Positions 1-7,952 of a DNA stretch of 32,000 nucleotides are shown piece after piece. Within the stretch, counting starts at the first letter, position 1. Each line of letters starts with the position of its first letter. A program made the translations under genes and the position numbers. The notes beneath the pieces are model-generated. The model made no database searches and was not told the origin of the DNA. It saw only the letters and a program-made list of their open reading frames with translations. This DNA is from a cyanobacterium endosymbiont of Epithemia turgida isolate EtSB Lake Yunoko (lineage in GTDB: Bacteria; Cyanobacteriota; Cyanobacteriia; Cyanobacteriales; Microcystaceae): positions 2,100,001 to 2,132,000 of the forward strand of contig NZ_AP012549.1 in assembly GCF_000829235.1 (NCBI RefSeq), given 5' to 3'.

Positions 1-791
1 ATTAGCTTAATTTGCGCTTTTGGAACCGGATAATCAGTAGTGTCCCAGGTCAAACCTAATGCATGAGGATCAAGGTTTTCTCTTAACAAGTTGGATTGTT
101 TTAAAGAGGTTACTCCTTTACTTTTTCGGTTAGGCTGCTCATCAGACCAATAATTAACAATACTCATGATGCTCAGGGACAACACTAAGATGATCCCAAC
201 CCAAGCTAATGCTTGATCCATTGCTCCACTTTCGGCAGCAAAAAAGATGGCAATGGGAATTGTCTGGGTTTTCCCTGGAATACTACCAGCCAACATTAAG
301 GTTGCCCCAAATTCCCCCAACGCTCTGGCAAAAGACAACAAAAATCCAGCTATAAGACCAGGTTTCGCTAGAGGTAGTAATATTTGCCAGAAAACTCGTT
401 CTTCCGATGCTCCTAGAGTTCTAGCACTAGCTAACAAATTGGTGTCAATTTGTCTGAAGGACCCCAACATGGTTTTATACATTAATGGAAAGGCAACAAC
501 AACTGAGGCGATAACAGTAGCATACCAGGTGAAAATAACACTGATATTGAATAGAGCTAACAACCGTCCAATTGGTCCCTGCTTGCCTAACAAGAGTAAT
601 AAGACAAACCCCATTACCGTGGGGGGCAGTACCAAAGGAGCAGTTAGTAACCCATCAATTAAACTTTTCCCTACTCCCCGATATTTGAACATCCAACGGG
701 CTGTGGTTACACCGCAAAAGGAGGCAATTAGTGTTGCTGTTAAGGCTGTTTTTAAGGAAATCCATACTGGAGAGAGGTCAAGATGCATCAT
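1..791 (-). CDS. modB: Molybdate ABC transporter permease ModB; 5' part of a gene that leaves the window at base 1, possibly a ModB-ModC fusion
   Basis: Own translation of the minus strand from ATG ATG at 791/788: MMHLDLSPVWISLKTALTATLIASF...TAPLVLPPTVMGFVLLLLLGKQGPIGRLL...SARTLGASEERVFWQILLPLAKPGLIAGFLLSFARALGEFGATLMLAGSIPGKTQTIPIAIFF. It has the EAA-loop signature of CysTW/ModB-type permeases. The frame stays open to base 1, about 45 codons past a normal permease end. It is absent from the ORF track because it is edge-truncated. The listed + ORF 247..846 is its antisense shadow. Confidence 0.8.
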   Translation of the reverse strand, partial: MMHLDLSPVWISLKTALTATLIASFCGVTTARWMFKYRGVGKSLIDGLLTAPLVLPPTVMGFVLLLLLGKQGPIGRLLALFNISVIFTWYATVIASVVVAFPLMYKTMLGSFRQIDTNLLASARTLGASEERVFWQILLPLAKPGLIAGFLLSFARALGEFGATLMLAGSIPGKTQTIPIAIFFAAESGAMDQALAWVGIILVLSLSIMSIVNYWSDEQPNRKSKGVTSLKQSNLLRENLDPHALGLTWDTTDYPVPKAQIKL

Positions 792-866
792 TATTTCTGC
801 CTTTTACTTTTTACCCGTGGTTGATCATTGCCCATCCTATAATTAATAGAGGTACTTAATTGTCTT

Positions 867-1118
867 CTACCGAGTTCGTCTTACGTAAATGGCACGGGCT
901 AAGGTACGATCAATAGCAATTCGCATTTCTCCAACTTTAATAACATATGAAGGAAATCGCTGTTCTAAGGTAATTTTAAGTCCAGGCATAATACCCATTG
1001 CGATCAGTTTTCGCAATAGATTCTCATCATTCTTTCTGAATTGAGTAATAATCCCCGTATCCTTTTCTTTGAGAAGATTTAGAGCTAAAGACTCAACAGT
1101 GAAACTTTGGGCAAACAT
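867..1118 (-). CDS. feoA: FeoA-family small ferrous iron transport protein
   Basis: 83-aa ORF with a FeoA-like pattern (GIITQF...LLRKLIAMGIMPGLKITLEQRFP..VIKVGEMRIAIDRTLARAIYV). Its ATG at 1118 abuts the feoB stop at 1120. Confidence 0.7.
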   Translation of the reverse strand: MFAQSFTVESLALNLLKEKDTGIITQFRKNDENLLRKLIAMGIMPGLKITLEQRFPSYVIKVGEMRIAIDRTLARAIYVRRTR

Positions 1119-1119
1119 T

Positions 1120-2586
1120 TTAGAACGTGACCTCCAGAATAGATAAGAGTTGATTGAGTAAATACCCCATTAAAAAGGCAAGTACAATAATAAAACTTGT
1201 CATAGCTAGAGTTATTTTGAGTCCGTGTTGTTTTAAAATTAATTGGAATTGAGTCAGACAAGGAATAAATAGAGTTAAGGTAACTGCCGCTACGATCAAT
1301 TGACGACCCATTAAAATACCTGAGCGATGAAGGTCAAACATAGCTGCAGCCCCATAGTCTCGACGAAAAAATCCGTAAAGAAAAATGCTGGAGGTTGAGG
1401 GAGGAAGTCCTAACCAAATCATAATTGGTTCTAACTCCTTGAGTAATATTTCAAAGAGTCCAGACAGTTTTCCTAGCCAAATTAATATTGATACTAAAAT
1501 AGATATGTGAATAATTTCCTTTAAATACCATAGAGTTCTTCCATAAGTTTTGCTTAAAATAGACTGAACCCTAGGCATCCTTAATGGGGGAATTTCTAGA
1601 TAAAAACAGGCACTATCGCCAGGTAGTATCTTGGCAGTTAATAACCCTACAATAACAAAGATAAAACTCATCGTTCCCACCCAAATAGTTAGAGCAGCAG
1701 GACTTTGAGACAGTAATCCCAAAATAACTCCTAATTGAGGCGAACAGGGAACAACTAAGGCTAATAATAGGGTAGCAATCACCCTTTCCCGTTTACTTTC
1801 TAGGGTACGGGTAACCAGAGTAGCCATTGTTCCACATCCTAATCCTAAAACTAGGGGAGTAATAGAACGTCCTGATAAACCTAAAGCTTTTAACAAGCGA
1901 TCAGCTAATAGAGAAAGTCGAGGTAAGTAGCCACTATCTTCCAGTAGAGAAAACATCAAAAAGAAAGTACTGACAATAGGGAAAATAATAGCGATAACAT
2001 ATCTTAATCCTAATGTAATAATACCATGTTCATTAGCAATCAAATTTTGCAAAATTGTCCAGGGTAAAAGAGTAGCAGTTATCTGATTAACCAGAGGGTT
2101 AATAGTTTTGGCAAAAAAAACTTCGAGATTACTTACCAATACTCCTACGCCAAAGTTACCAATAAATTGATATATTCCAAAATAAAAAATGATGATTGCT
2201 AAGGGAAAGCCCGTAATGGGATTCACAGTCAGCTGATGAAAAAATTCCTCACTTTCCTGGGATTTTTTCTTTATATTAACCACGGATGATTCTGCTATTT
2301 TCCTAGATAATTGATGGCGACTTTTTGCAACTACCAACACCAGAGGATCACTAAACTGAGATCTAACATAATCAATAACAGTTTTAATTTCTGAAAAACG
2401 GGGCTCTAGTTTTTTGGCTTTTTCCCAAAAAACGGGATCTCCTTGAATAAGTAATAGGGCTAAACTGCGCTTCGCAATTGGATATTTACACGAACTAGAA
2501 TACTTTTGATGACCTTGTGTCAGCAAGGATTCAATTCTTGTCAGCCCTTCTTCAATAGCTGTAGGATAGCGCAGGAGTGGTGACAT
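1120..2586 (-). CDS. feoB: Ferrous iron transporter FeoB, membrane (C-terminal) portion; separated from the G-domain by a frame change
   Basis: 488-aa polytopic ORF containing the FeoB core region GLGCGTMATLVTRTLESKRERVIATLLLALVVPCSPQLGV. It begins ...RYPTAIEEGLTRIE, which is what normally follows the FeoB G-domain. It overlaps the upstream fragment by 35 nt in a different frame. Confidence 0.8.
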   Translation of the reverse strand: MSPLLRYPTAIEEGLTRIESLLTQGHQKYSSSCKYPIAKRSLALLLIQGDPVFWEKAKKLEPRFSEIKTVIDYVRSQFSDPLVLVVAKSRHQLSRKIAESSVVNIKKKSQESEEFFHQLTVNPITGFPLAIIIFYFGIYQFIGNFGVGVLVSNLEVFFAKTINPLVNQITATLLPWTILQNLIANEHGIITLGLRYVIAIIFPIVSTFFLMFSLLEDSGYLPRLSLLADRLLKALGLSGRSITPLVLGLGCGTMATLVTRTLESKRERVIATLLLALVVPCSPQLGVILGLLSQSPAALTIWVGTMSFIFVIVGLLTAKILPGDSACFYLEIPPLRMPRVQSILSKTYGRTLWYLKEIIHISILVSILIWLGKLSGLFEILLKELEPIMIWLGLPPSTSSIFLYGFFRRDYGAAAMFDLHRSGILMGRQLIVAAVTLTLFIPCLTQFQLILKQHGLKITLAMTSFIIVLAFLMGYLLNQLLSILEVTF

Positions 2587-3184
2587 AATTACCGACCTTG
2601 GCTTTTAACGTTTCAATGCCTCTTTTTTGGTAGGCTGATAGGGTGACAACGGGGATACCGAGAGAGGCTTCTAATTGTTTTTCATTGACCCAAATTCCTA
2701 ATTTTTCAGCTTCATCAAGCATATTAACTGCTAATAAAACCGGGAGTTGAATTTCCATGAGTTGAAATGTCAAGGCTAACATTCGACTGAGATGTTTAGC
2801 ATCAATAACATGAATAACTAAATCAATCGATTCTGTTAATAGAAAATCTCGAGAACACTGTTCTTCTTCTGTCATGGGAATCAAAGAATACATCCCGGGA
2901 GTATCAATGATAGACACTGTTTGTCCAGCAATAACTGCCTGCCCTTTAAAAATTTCAACGGTTGTCCCAGGATAGTTGGAAACAGTTGTGTAACTATCTG
3001 TCAACAGGTTAAATAGAAGACTCTTTCCCACATTAGGAGAACCGACTAAAGCAATAGTAGCTCGAGTAGGGATTAAAGGGTTAGAGTATTTCTTGAACTG
3101 ATTTATTGTCCAAAAACGATCCCAGATAGCTGTCAATTTACCTGGGGATATTTGGCAAAAATCCCGACAGTGATTGCACGCCAT
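2552..3184 (-). CDS. feoB: Ferrous iron transporter FeoB, N-terminal GTPase domain fragment
   Basis: G1 GSPNVGKS, G2 GTTVE, G3 DTPG and G4 NMLD motifs are present in order. ATG start at 3184. It ends after ...GIETLKAKVGNYVTTPALSYSY, where the membrane domain continues in another frame. Confidence 0.8.
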   Translation of the reverse strand: MACNHCRDFCQISPGKLTAIWDRFWTINQFKKYSNPLIPTRATIALVGSPNVGKSLLFNLLTDSYTTVSNYPGTTVEIFKGQAVIAGQTVSIIDTPGMYSLIPMTEEEQCSRDFLLTESIDLVIHVIDAKHLSRMLALTFQLMEIQLPVLLAVNMLDEAEKLGIWVNEKQLEASLGIPVVTLSAYQKRGIETLKAKVGNYVTTPALSYSY

Positions 3185-3486
3185 TTTCTATATCTAACTG
3201 AAGCCTATTCTCAGGATAGTTAATTTTTGTTTTGTAAACAGTCAATTGAGATACACAATACTCAACCAATCTTTTGAAGAGGAAATCATAGCTAAATAAA
3301 ATCTGTTTTTATAGATGTTAAAATAATAATTGTACATACAACTTATGCCAATTTAAAAATTAGATCAAGAAAAAGTAGTCAGTACTTACTCAAACTACAG
3401 GATCTTACAGCATCACTATATTGGATTGGCAAGACTAATTAATATACTTTAGTTAATTAACTTAACGGATTTATCTCCAACTAGAA

Positions 3487-3699
3487 TTAGTTTTCTACAA
3501 TATGACCAGGTTTAAAAAACCAAATAATCCAAATACTTAGTATTAATTTAAAAATAGCTGAAGTCATCATGAACAATAAAAATATAGCCAAACTTCCTGC
3601 CATAATCGCTGCTAGTTTATGAATTTCGTCTTGAACTTTTATTCTAATCCAACTAGCAGTAATCCCGACAATAAACAATAAACAATAAACAATAACCAT
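3487..3699 (-). CDS. Hypothetical small membrane protein (70 aa, two hydrophobic segments)
   Basis: ATG-initiated ORF with hydrophobic composition. Its 5' end is built from a 7-bp tandem repeat (see findings), so whether it is a real gene is uncertain. Confidence 0.3.
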   Translation of the reverse strand: MVIVYCLLFIVGITASWIRIKVQDEIHKLAAIMAGSLAIFLLFMMTSAIFKLILSIWIIWFFKPGHIVEN

Positions 3700-3736
3700 A
3701 ATTTCTATTCACCTCAATCAATACCATAATTCTAAT

Positions 3737-4096
3737 TCAATCTAATCTATTCTGAGGCTCAATATTAGTGGCAATCCAATATAATTCTAACCAGAGTTTA
3801 GGGTTCTTCTTTTTAAGATTAGACATGGGGTCCCTTACAATTCTTGTTGCATTTAGACAAACAACTTCAACTAATCCTAAATTTTCGGCAAGTTCTTTTA
3901 ACTCTTTTTGATATGAAAGAATATTCTTCCCTGTTCTTGCAGAATAATAAATGGCAAGATAATGATAAAATTTCTCTTGTCTTTTCGCCCAACTATCAAC
4001 AACGGTTAAATAACAACCACTCAATAGGTAGGAAATATGAGGATAATACTTATTAACAAGAGAAATATATTCTTCAAGTAATTTCTCACGAATCAC
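3737..4096 (-). CDS. Hypothetical protein, nif-cluster associated (119 aa)
   Basis: GTG start preceded by GGAGGG 9 nt upstream. It overlaps the stop of the upstream ORF by 11 nt, which looks like translational coupling. I recognise no family motif. Confidence 0.45.
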   Translation of the reverse strand: MIREKLLEEYISLVNKYYPHISYLLSGCYLTVVDSWAKRQEKFYHYLAIYYSARTGKNILSYQKELKELAENLGLVEVVCLNATRIVRDPMSNLKKKNPKLWLELYWIATNIEPQNRLD

Positions 4097-4463
4097 TGCT
4101 GCAATCCCTCCACTTTAAACTATGAGATAGGTCAGAAAATAGAGAAGCTTTAATGCAATGGTTTTTGATTTTAGTGCATTTGTTAAAAAACACACCCTTA
4201 TGACTGATACAATCCTTTAGAGGGTATTCAGAAAATTGGAAAGCTACCTCATTAATAGGACAGTTTTCGCTGATTTTTGGACAAAATTTAGGCTTGAGGC
4301 AAGACAGTTTAACAGTTTTGTTATTTTTGCGGGATAATTCTAATTCTCGTCCAAAAAGAAACTCACTATAGTCGGCTACATTATCCAGACCCAACAAATT
4401 GAGCAAAATCTCTCCCATCATCCAAAATGTTGTTTTGAAGACAAATGTTTTCCATTTGAGCAT
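4086..4463 (-). CDS. Hypothetical cysteine-rich protein downstream of fdxH (125 aa)
   Basis: ATG ORF with nine Cys, including FCPKISENCPINEV...DC...KC...HC. It resembles cyanobacterial Mo-dependent-nitrogenase C-terminal-domain proteins only weakly and from memory. Confidence 0.45.
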   Translation of the reverse strand: MLKWKTFVFKTTFWMMGEILLNLLGLDNVADYSEFLFGRELELSRKNNKTVKLSCLKPKFCPKISENCPINEVAFQFSEYPLKDCISHKGVFFNKCTKIKNHCIKASLFSDLSHSLKWRDCSSDS

Positions 4464-4537
4464 AACCGAACCTCAGTAAAAATTCGTGCATCGTGTCCAT
4501 AATACATGACTCATAAAAAAGGAAGGATAGAAGGGGG

Positions 4538-4571
4538 AAAAAGTCGCATAATTCTAAGAATAAACTACGAC
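4538..4571 (-). terminator. Possible intrinsic terminator after fdxH
   Basis: On the minus strand, GUCGUA...UGCGAC (6 bp including one G-U; plus-strand coordinates 4566-4571 / 4543-4548) is followed directly by UUUUU (4538-4542). The loop can form an extra AUUC/GAAU helix. Confidence 0.4.
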
Positions 4572-4614
4572 TTCAACAGCAGATGATAAGAATAAAACTA
4601 GAAAAGATGATAAC

Positions 4615-4956
4615 TTACCCTAAGTAAGGTTCCTGATGAGTTTTAATCGTACAATCAGAGCGAGGATAAGCTACACAAAGAAGCACCCATCCTTTCTCAA
4701 TTTGTTCATCATCCAAAAAGCTTTGATCTTCTTGGTCAATTTCTCCCTCTACCATTCTGCCAACACAGCTAGAACAAGCTCCTGAGCGGCAAGAAGAAGG
4801 TAACTCTATGTCGTTTTCTTCAGCAAAATCTAAAATATACTGATCTTCTGGGACTTCTAAAGTTACGTCTATTTCCGCAAATTCTTCTTTCTTGCCCGTC
4901 TCTTGATTTTTTCTTTTGGCAACTTTCATGAGACGAACTTTGTAAGCAGTGGTCAT
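4615..4956 (-). CDS. fdxH: Plant-type [2Fe-2S] ferredoxin, nif-associated (FdxH-like)
   Basis: It has the C-x4-C-x2-C...C ligand pattern ([60 protein letters not shown]) and sits after hesB, as in cyanobacterial nif clusters. Confidence 0.9.
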   Translation of the reverse strand: MTTAYKVRLMKVAKRKNQETGKKEEFAEIDVTLEVPEDQYILDFAEENDIELPSSCRSGACSSCVGRMVEGEIDQEDQSFLDDEQIEKGWVLLCVAYPRSDCTIKTHQEPYLG

Positions 4957-4994
4957 GTGTGTTCTCCTTTAAGGACAATAATTGGAAACTTAAA

Positions 4995-5354
4995 TTAGCT
5001 ACAAGGGGTGGTTTTACTACTACAATCTCTTGATGAGAAAGACTTGCCACACCCACAGGTATCTCCAGCATTAGGATTAGTAAAAGTAAATCCGCTTTGG
5101 GTTAAACTGTCTACAAAATCGATTACCACCCCTTTGAGAAGAGGGAAACTTTGGGAATCAATATAAATAGGAACATTCTCCTGCTCAAAAAACATATCTT
5201 GAGCGTCTGGCTGTTTCACTAAATTGAGGGTGTATTCATAACCACCACAGCCGCCATTTTTAATCCCAACACGAATCCCGGTTACTTTAGCTCCTTTCCC
5301 TTCTAAGAAGGTACGAAGTCTAAAAGCTGCTTTTTCAGTTAAACTAACTGTCAT
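4995..5354 (-). CDS. hesB: HesB/IscA-family Fe-S cluster assembly protein
   Basis: IscA-type motifs GGCGGYEY and the C-terminal CGCGKSF are present. It lies between hesA and fdxH. Confidence 0.9.
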   Translation of the reverse strand: MTVSLTEKAAFRLRTFLEGKGAKVTGIRVGIKNGGCGGYEYTLNLVKQPDAQDMFFEQENVPIYIDSQSFPLLKGVVIDFVDSLTQSGFTFTNPNAGDTCGCGKSFSSRDCSSKTTPCS

Positions 5355-5473
5355 AATTGATCTCCACGTTTCAGTTGATAGTTAATAGTTATAGTTGTCG
5401 ACTGTAAAGCTGTATTCTTTACTTACTATTCACTACCTATGTGTGTTTTGGGCGATTGTCCTAGTTGAGTTTT

Positions 5474-6217
5474 TCAGTTCAAATCACCACAAACCGGACA
5501 GTCAGGATCATGATAAGGACGACGTTTAGCAAAGGTGGTACTCGCCAAATCCATGGTTAATAATTGTCCTGTCAATGGCTGTCCTAACCCCGTAATTAAT
5601 TTCACAGCTTCTAAGGCGGCTAAACAAGCTAGGGTTCCTGAAACAGCTCCTAACACCCCAAATCCCCAACGGTCCCAGGTAGGTTTCTCAGGGAAAATAC
5701 AGGACAAACAGGGGGTCTTCCCAGGAATAACCGTAGTCAAGTAGGCTTCCATCTCACTCATAGCCGCTTCCACCATTGGAATTTTCTGCCGCACACAGGC
5801 GGCATTTAGGGTTTCACGTTCGTTAAAGTCAAAGGCACAATCGAGGGCAATGTCTGCTTGTTGCATTAGGTTATGGACATTCTCTGTGGTTACAAATTCG
5901 GGTATAGCCTCAATTTCTACATCAGGATTGATTGCTAAAAGAGTTTTTTGGGCTTTGAATACCCTCGGTTTTCCCACCCAATCATCGGTCATTAAAATCT
6001 GACGATTTAGGTCTTCTCGGCGAAGATTGCCCCCTCGAACTAGAACTAACTTGCCTATTCCCGCAACAGCTAAGTAAAGGGCGACAGTTCCACCGAGCCC
6101 TCCTACCCCTGTAACAACAGCAGTAGTGGATTTTAGTTTTTTCTGTCCTTTTTCACCAAAGCCGTCTAATTGCATTTGACGAGAATAGCGTTCTAATTCA
6201 ATGGGGGTCAGTTTCAT
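5474..6217 (-). CDS. hesA: HesA/MoeB/ThiF-family adenylyltransferase
   Basis: It has the nucleotide-binding loop GVGGLGGTVALYLAVAGIG and the CLSC...CPVCG zinc motifs. It sits after nifW. Confidence 0.9.
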   Translation of the reverse strand: MKLTPIELERYSRQMQLDGFGEKGQKKLKSTTAVVTGVGGLGGTVALYLAVAGIGKLVLVRGGNLRREDLNRQILMTDDWVGKPRVFKAQKTLLAINPDVEIEAIPEFVTTENVHNLMQQADIALDCAFDFNERETLNAACVRQKIPMVEAAMSEMEAYLTTVIPGKTPCLSCIFPEKPTWDRWGFGVLGAVSGTLACLAALEAVKLITGLGQPLTGQLLTMDLASTTFAKRRPYHDPDCPVCGDLN

Positions 6218-6225
6218 AATGTTTC

Positions 6226-6561
6226 TTAATCCTCAGTTTCTTGATCTAAATCGTCGAGTAAAACGTAGTTTTTAGGGGCATCTTTAAAGACCTTAAATAG
6301 CTTAGTTTTCAGAGGACTAGAAGTTTTGAATAACTCATAAGCTTCTTGAAAAGCTTCACCATACTTAGCTAATTTTTTCGATTCACTGATATCAGGAAAC
6401 GCCTTATCAACGGCGGCAATAAGAATGGAAAACTGCTTCAAAATATGAAGCCGATTAACATTTACAAAACTGGGGTCATATTCAATTTCAAAAAATTTCA
6501 AAAAGTCTTCTGCATTCGTTAATTTAGAAAACTGTTCGTAGGTCTTTTCCACACCGGACAT
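6226..6561 (-). CDS. nifW: Nitrogenase-stabilising/protective protein NifW
   Basis: 111-aa ORF with the NifW-like N-terminus (...AEDFLKFFEIEYDPSFVNVNRLHILKQF...), in the conserved position before hesA. Confidence 0.85.
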   Translation of the reverse strand: MSGVEKTYEQFSKLTNAEDFLKFFEIEYDPSFVNVNRLHILKQFSILIAAVDKAFPDISESKKLAKYGEAFQEAYELFKTSSPLKTKLFKVFKDAPKNYVLLDDLDQETED

Positions 6562-6562
6562 T

Positions 6563-6799
6563 TTAGAGTTCCTCCCAACTTTTGAGTTGTTTTTTTAGTT
6601 GATCTAGTTCAAAATAAATATCGTAAGTTTTCTGAGCCATCTCTAGCAAGGTTTTGTAATTTATCGGTAAGCCTTCCGCTAGATCGTGCAAATCCATTTT
6701 TTGTTGACCCGATTTGGAATTAAGTCGTTTGATGGATTTCTTGAGAGCTTCTATATCTTCTAGTGTCGGTTTAGTGGTAGTTGTTTCTTCCATTTTCAC
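6563..6799 (-). CDS. Small nif-cluster protein of the DUF683 type (78 aa)
   Basis: Charged helical ORF lying between the DUF269 gene and nifW, as in Cyanothece-type clusters. The start is GTG at 6799 or ATG at 6793. Confidence 0.65.
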   Translation of the reverse strand: MKMEETTTTKPTLEDIEALKKSIKRLNSKSGQQKMDLHDLAEGLPINYKTLLEMAQKTYDIYFELDQLKKQLKSWEEL

Positions 6800-6938
6800 T
6801 CAACTCTTCTTTGACAAACCGTTAGTAATGAACAATTCTCACTTAATTATTGTTCAGAAAAATTAAAACAGCTATTTCTGATAAAGATTTCCAAAAATCT
6901 CTTGGTTTAAGAGAATAAATCTTGATAGATTTTAGCCA

Positions 6939-7412
6939 TTAAAACCTTGCAACTTCAGGAAAACGCTGCACAACTTCGATCCCTGACTGAGTAATTTTTT
7001 CTCCTTGGGCTGCTAACCTTTCTAAGGAGTCAAATCCAAAACGATGAGCATCTCTTAAAGTCTGACAAACCGTTATTAAACGACCGCTCCAAACCAAAGC
7101 CCAACCAAATCCCTCATTATTTAGATCGACTATTACCTGACATAACTGAGCTGTTTCTTTTTCAATTAAACTGGCAACAGCACGATAGAAACAAAGAATC
7201 CTTAATTCAGTAGCTGGATCGATATCTCCCTCTAGAGAAATATCCCGTTTTTGTTTCTTATTAATCACATAAGGTCCGAGGACTAATTCATTAGTCCAAC
7301 TTTTATAAACCCCATATTGATCGTAGGACCGAATTTGTTGAGCAACCTCTTGTAAGAAGGGACTATCTGAAACCAAAAGCGTTGACTGTTCTGAATTAGT
7401 TTTAGTGGTCAT
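6939..7412 (-). CDS. NifX-associated nitrogen fixation protein (DUF269 family)
   Basis: 157-aa ORF immediately downstream of nifX. The ATG is preceded by GGAGA. The call rests on conserved synteny. Confidence 0.75.
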   Translation of the reverse strand: MTTKTNSEQSTLLVSDSPFLQEVAQQIRSYDQYGVYKSWTNELVLGPYVINKKQKRDISLEGDIDPATELRILCFYRAVASLIEKETAQLCQVIVDLNNEGFGWALVWSGRLITVCQTLRDAHRFGFDSLERLAAQGEKITQSGIEVVQRFPEVARF

Positions 7413-7464
7413 AGTAGCTCTCCGATGTTAATTAACGATTAACAATTGAATGAACTCAAAACTA

Positions 7465-7890
7465 TTAACTATTAATTACAATTCCCTCTTCGTCTTCATC
7501 TTCTAAGTTAAAAGGTTTAGACTCTTGTTGAAGAACTTTGCGTAACCAGGGAGGAGGATTTCCCTTTAAGGTTTTGACTAATTCTGTTAGCAATTCCTCA
7601 ATAGTTTCTGACTCACTCCTGGCTTTAACTGGGGTAACATTGCTGCGAATCAATCGAGCTGCTGCACTACCACCAATAGCCGCAACATAGATAATAGTAC
7701 ATCCTTTTATGGCTTCAAGTTTCGGGGTTATTTTATCCTCATTTCCATCTTCTTGTAAGTCTCCTGAAAATTCTAAAGTTTTGTCAAAACTGAACCCTTC
7801 AGGTGTAACGTCATAAACGTCAATTTCCTTCGCCCAACCAAAATGGGCATTGATATGAACCCTATCACTGGTAGTAAATGCAACTTTCAT
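7465..7890 (-). CDS. nifX: FeMo-cofactor biosynthesis protein NifX
   Basis: The dinitrogenase FeMo-cofactor-binding fold sequence starts MKVAFTTSDRVHINAHFGWAKEIDVYDV. The ATG at 7890 is preceded by the strong SD GAGGAGG. The track ORF start at 7947 is a TTG over-extension. Confidence 0.9.
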   Translation of the reverse strand: MKVAFTTSDRVHINAHFGWAKEIDVYDVTPEGFSFDKTLEFSGDLQEDGNEDKITPKLEAIKGCTIIYVAAIGGSAAARLIRSNVTPVKARSESETIEELLTELVKTLKGNPPPWLRKVLQQESKPFNLEDEDEEGIVINS

Positions 7891-7952
7891 GGTAGTCCTC
7901 CTCTTAGAACTGAAATAAAATAAATTATTTGAAAAGCCATTAATCAAAGAGA

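Noticed and set aside
247-846. 199-aa plus-strand ORF at the left end
   Set aside because: The opposite strand gives a continuous, motif-bearing ModB permease. The plus ORF has the Pro/Asn/Lys-rich look of an antisense shadow and no recognisable family.
3185-3486. Fur box upstream of feoB (AAATAATAATTGTACATA around 3320-3340); also TTGAGTA-like strings at 3256-3266 and 3381-3395
   Set aside because: These give only a partial match to the 19-bp Fur consensus in a region that is almost pure A+T. The TTGAGT hexamers are at background frequency outside the nifB/cysE region.
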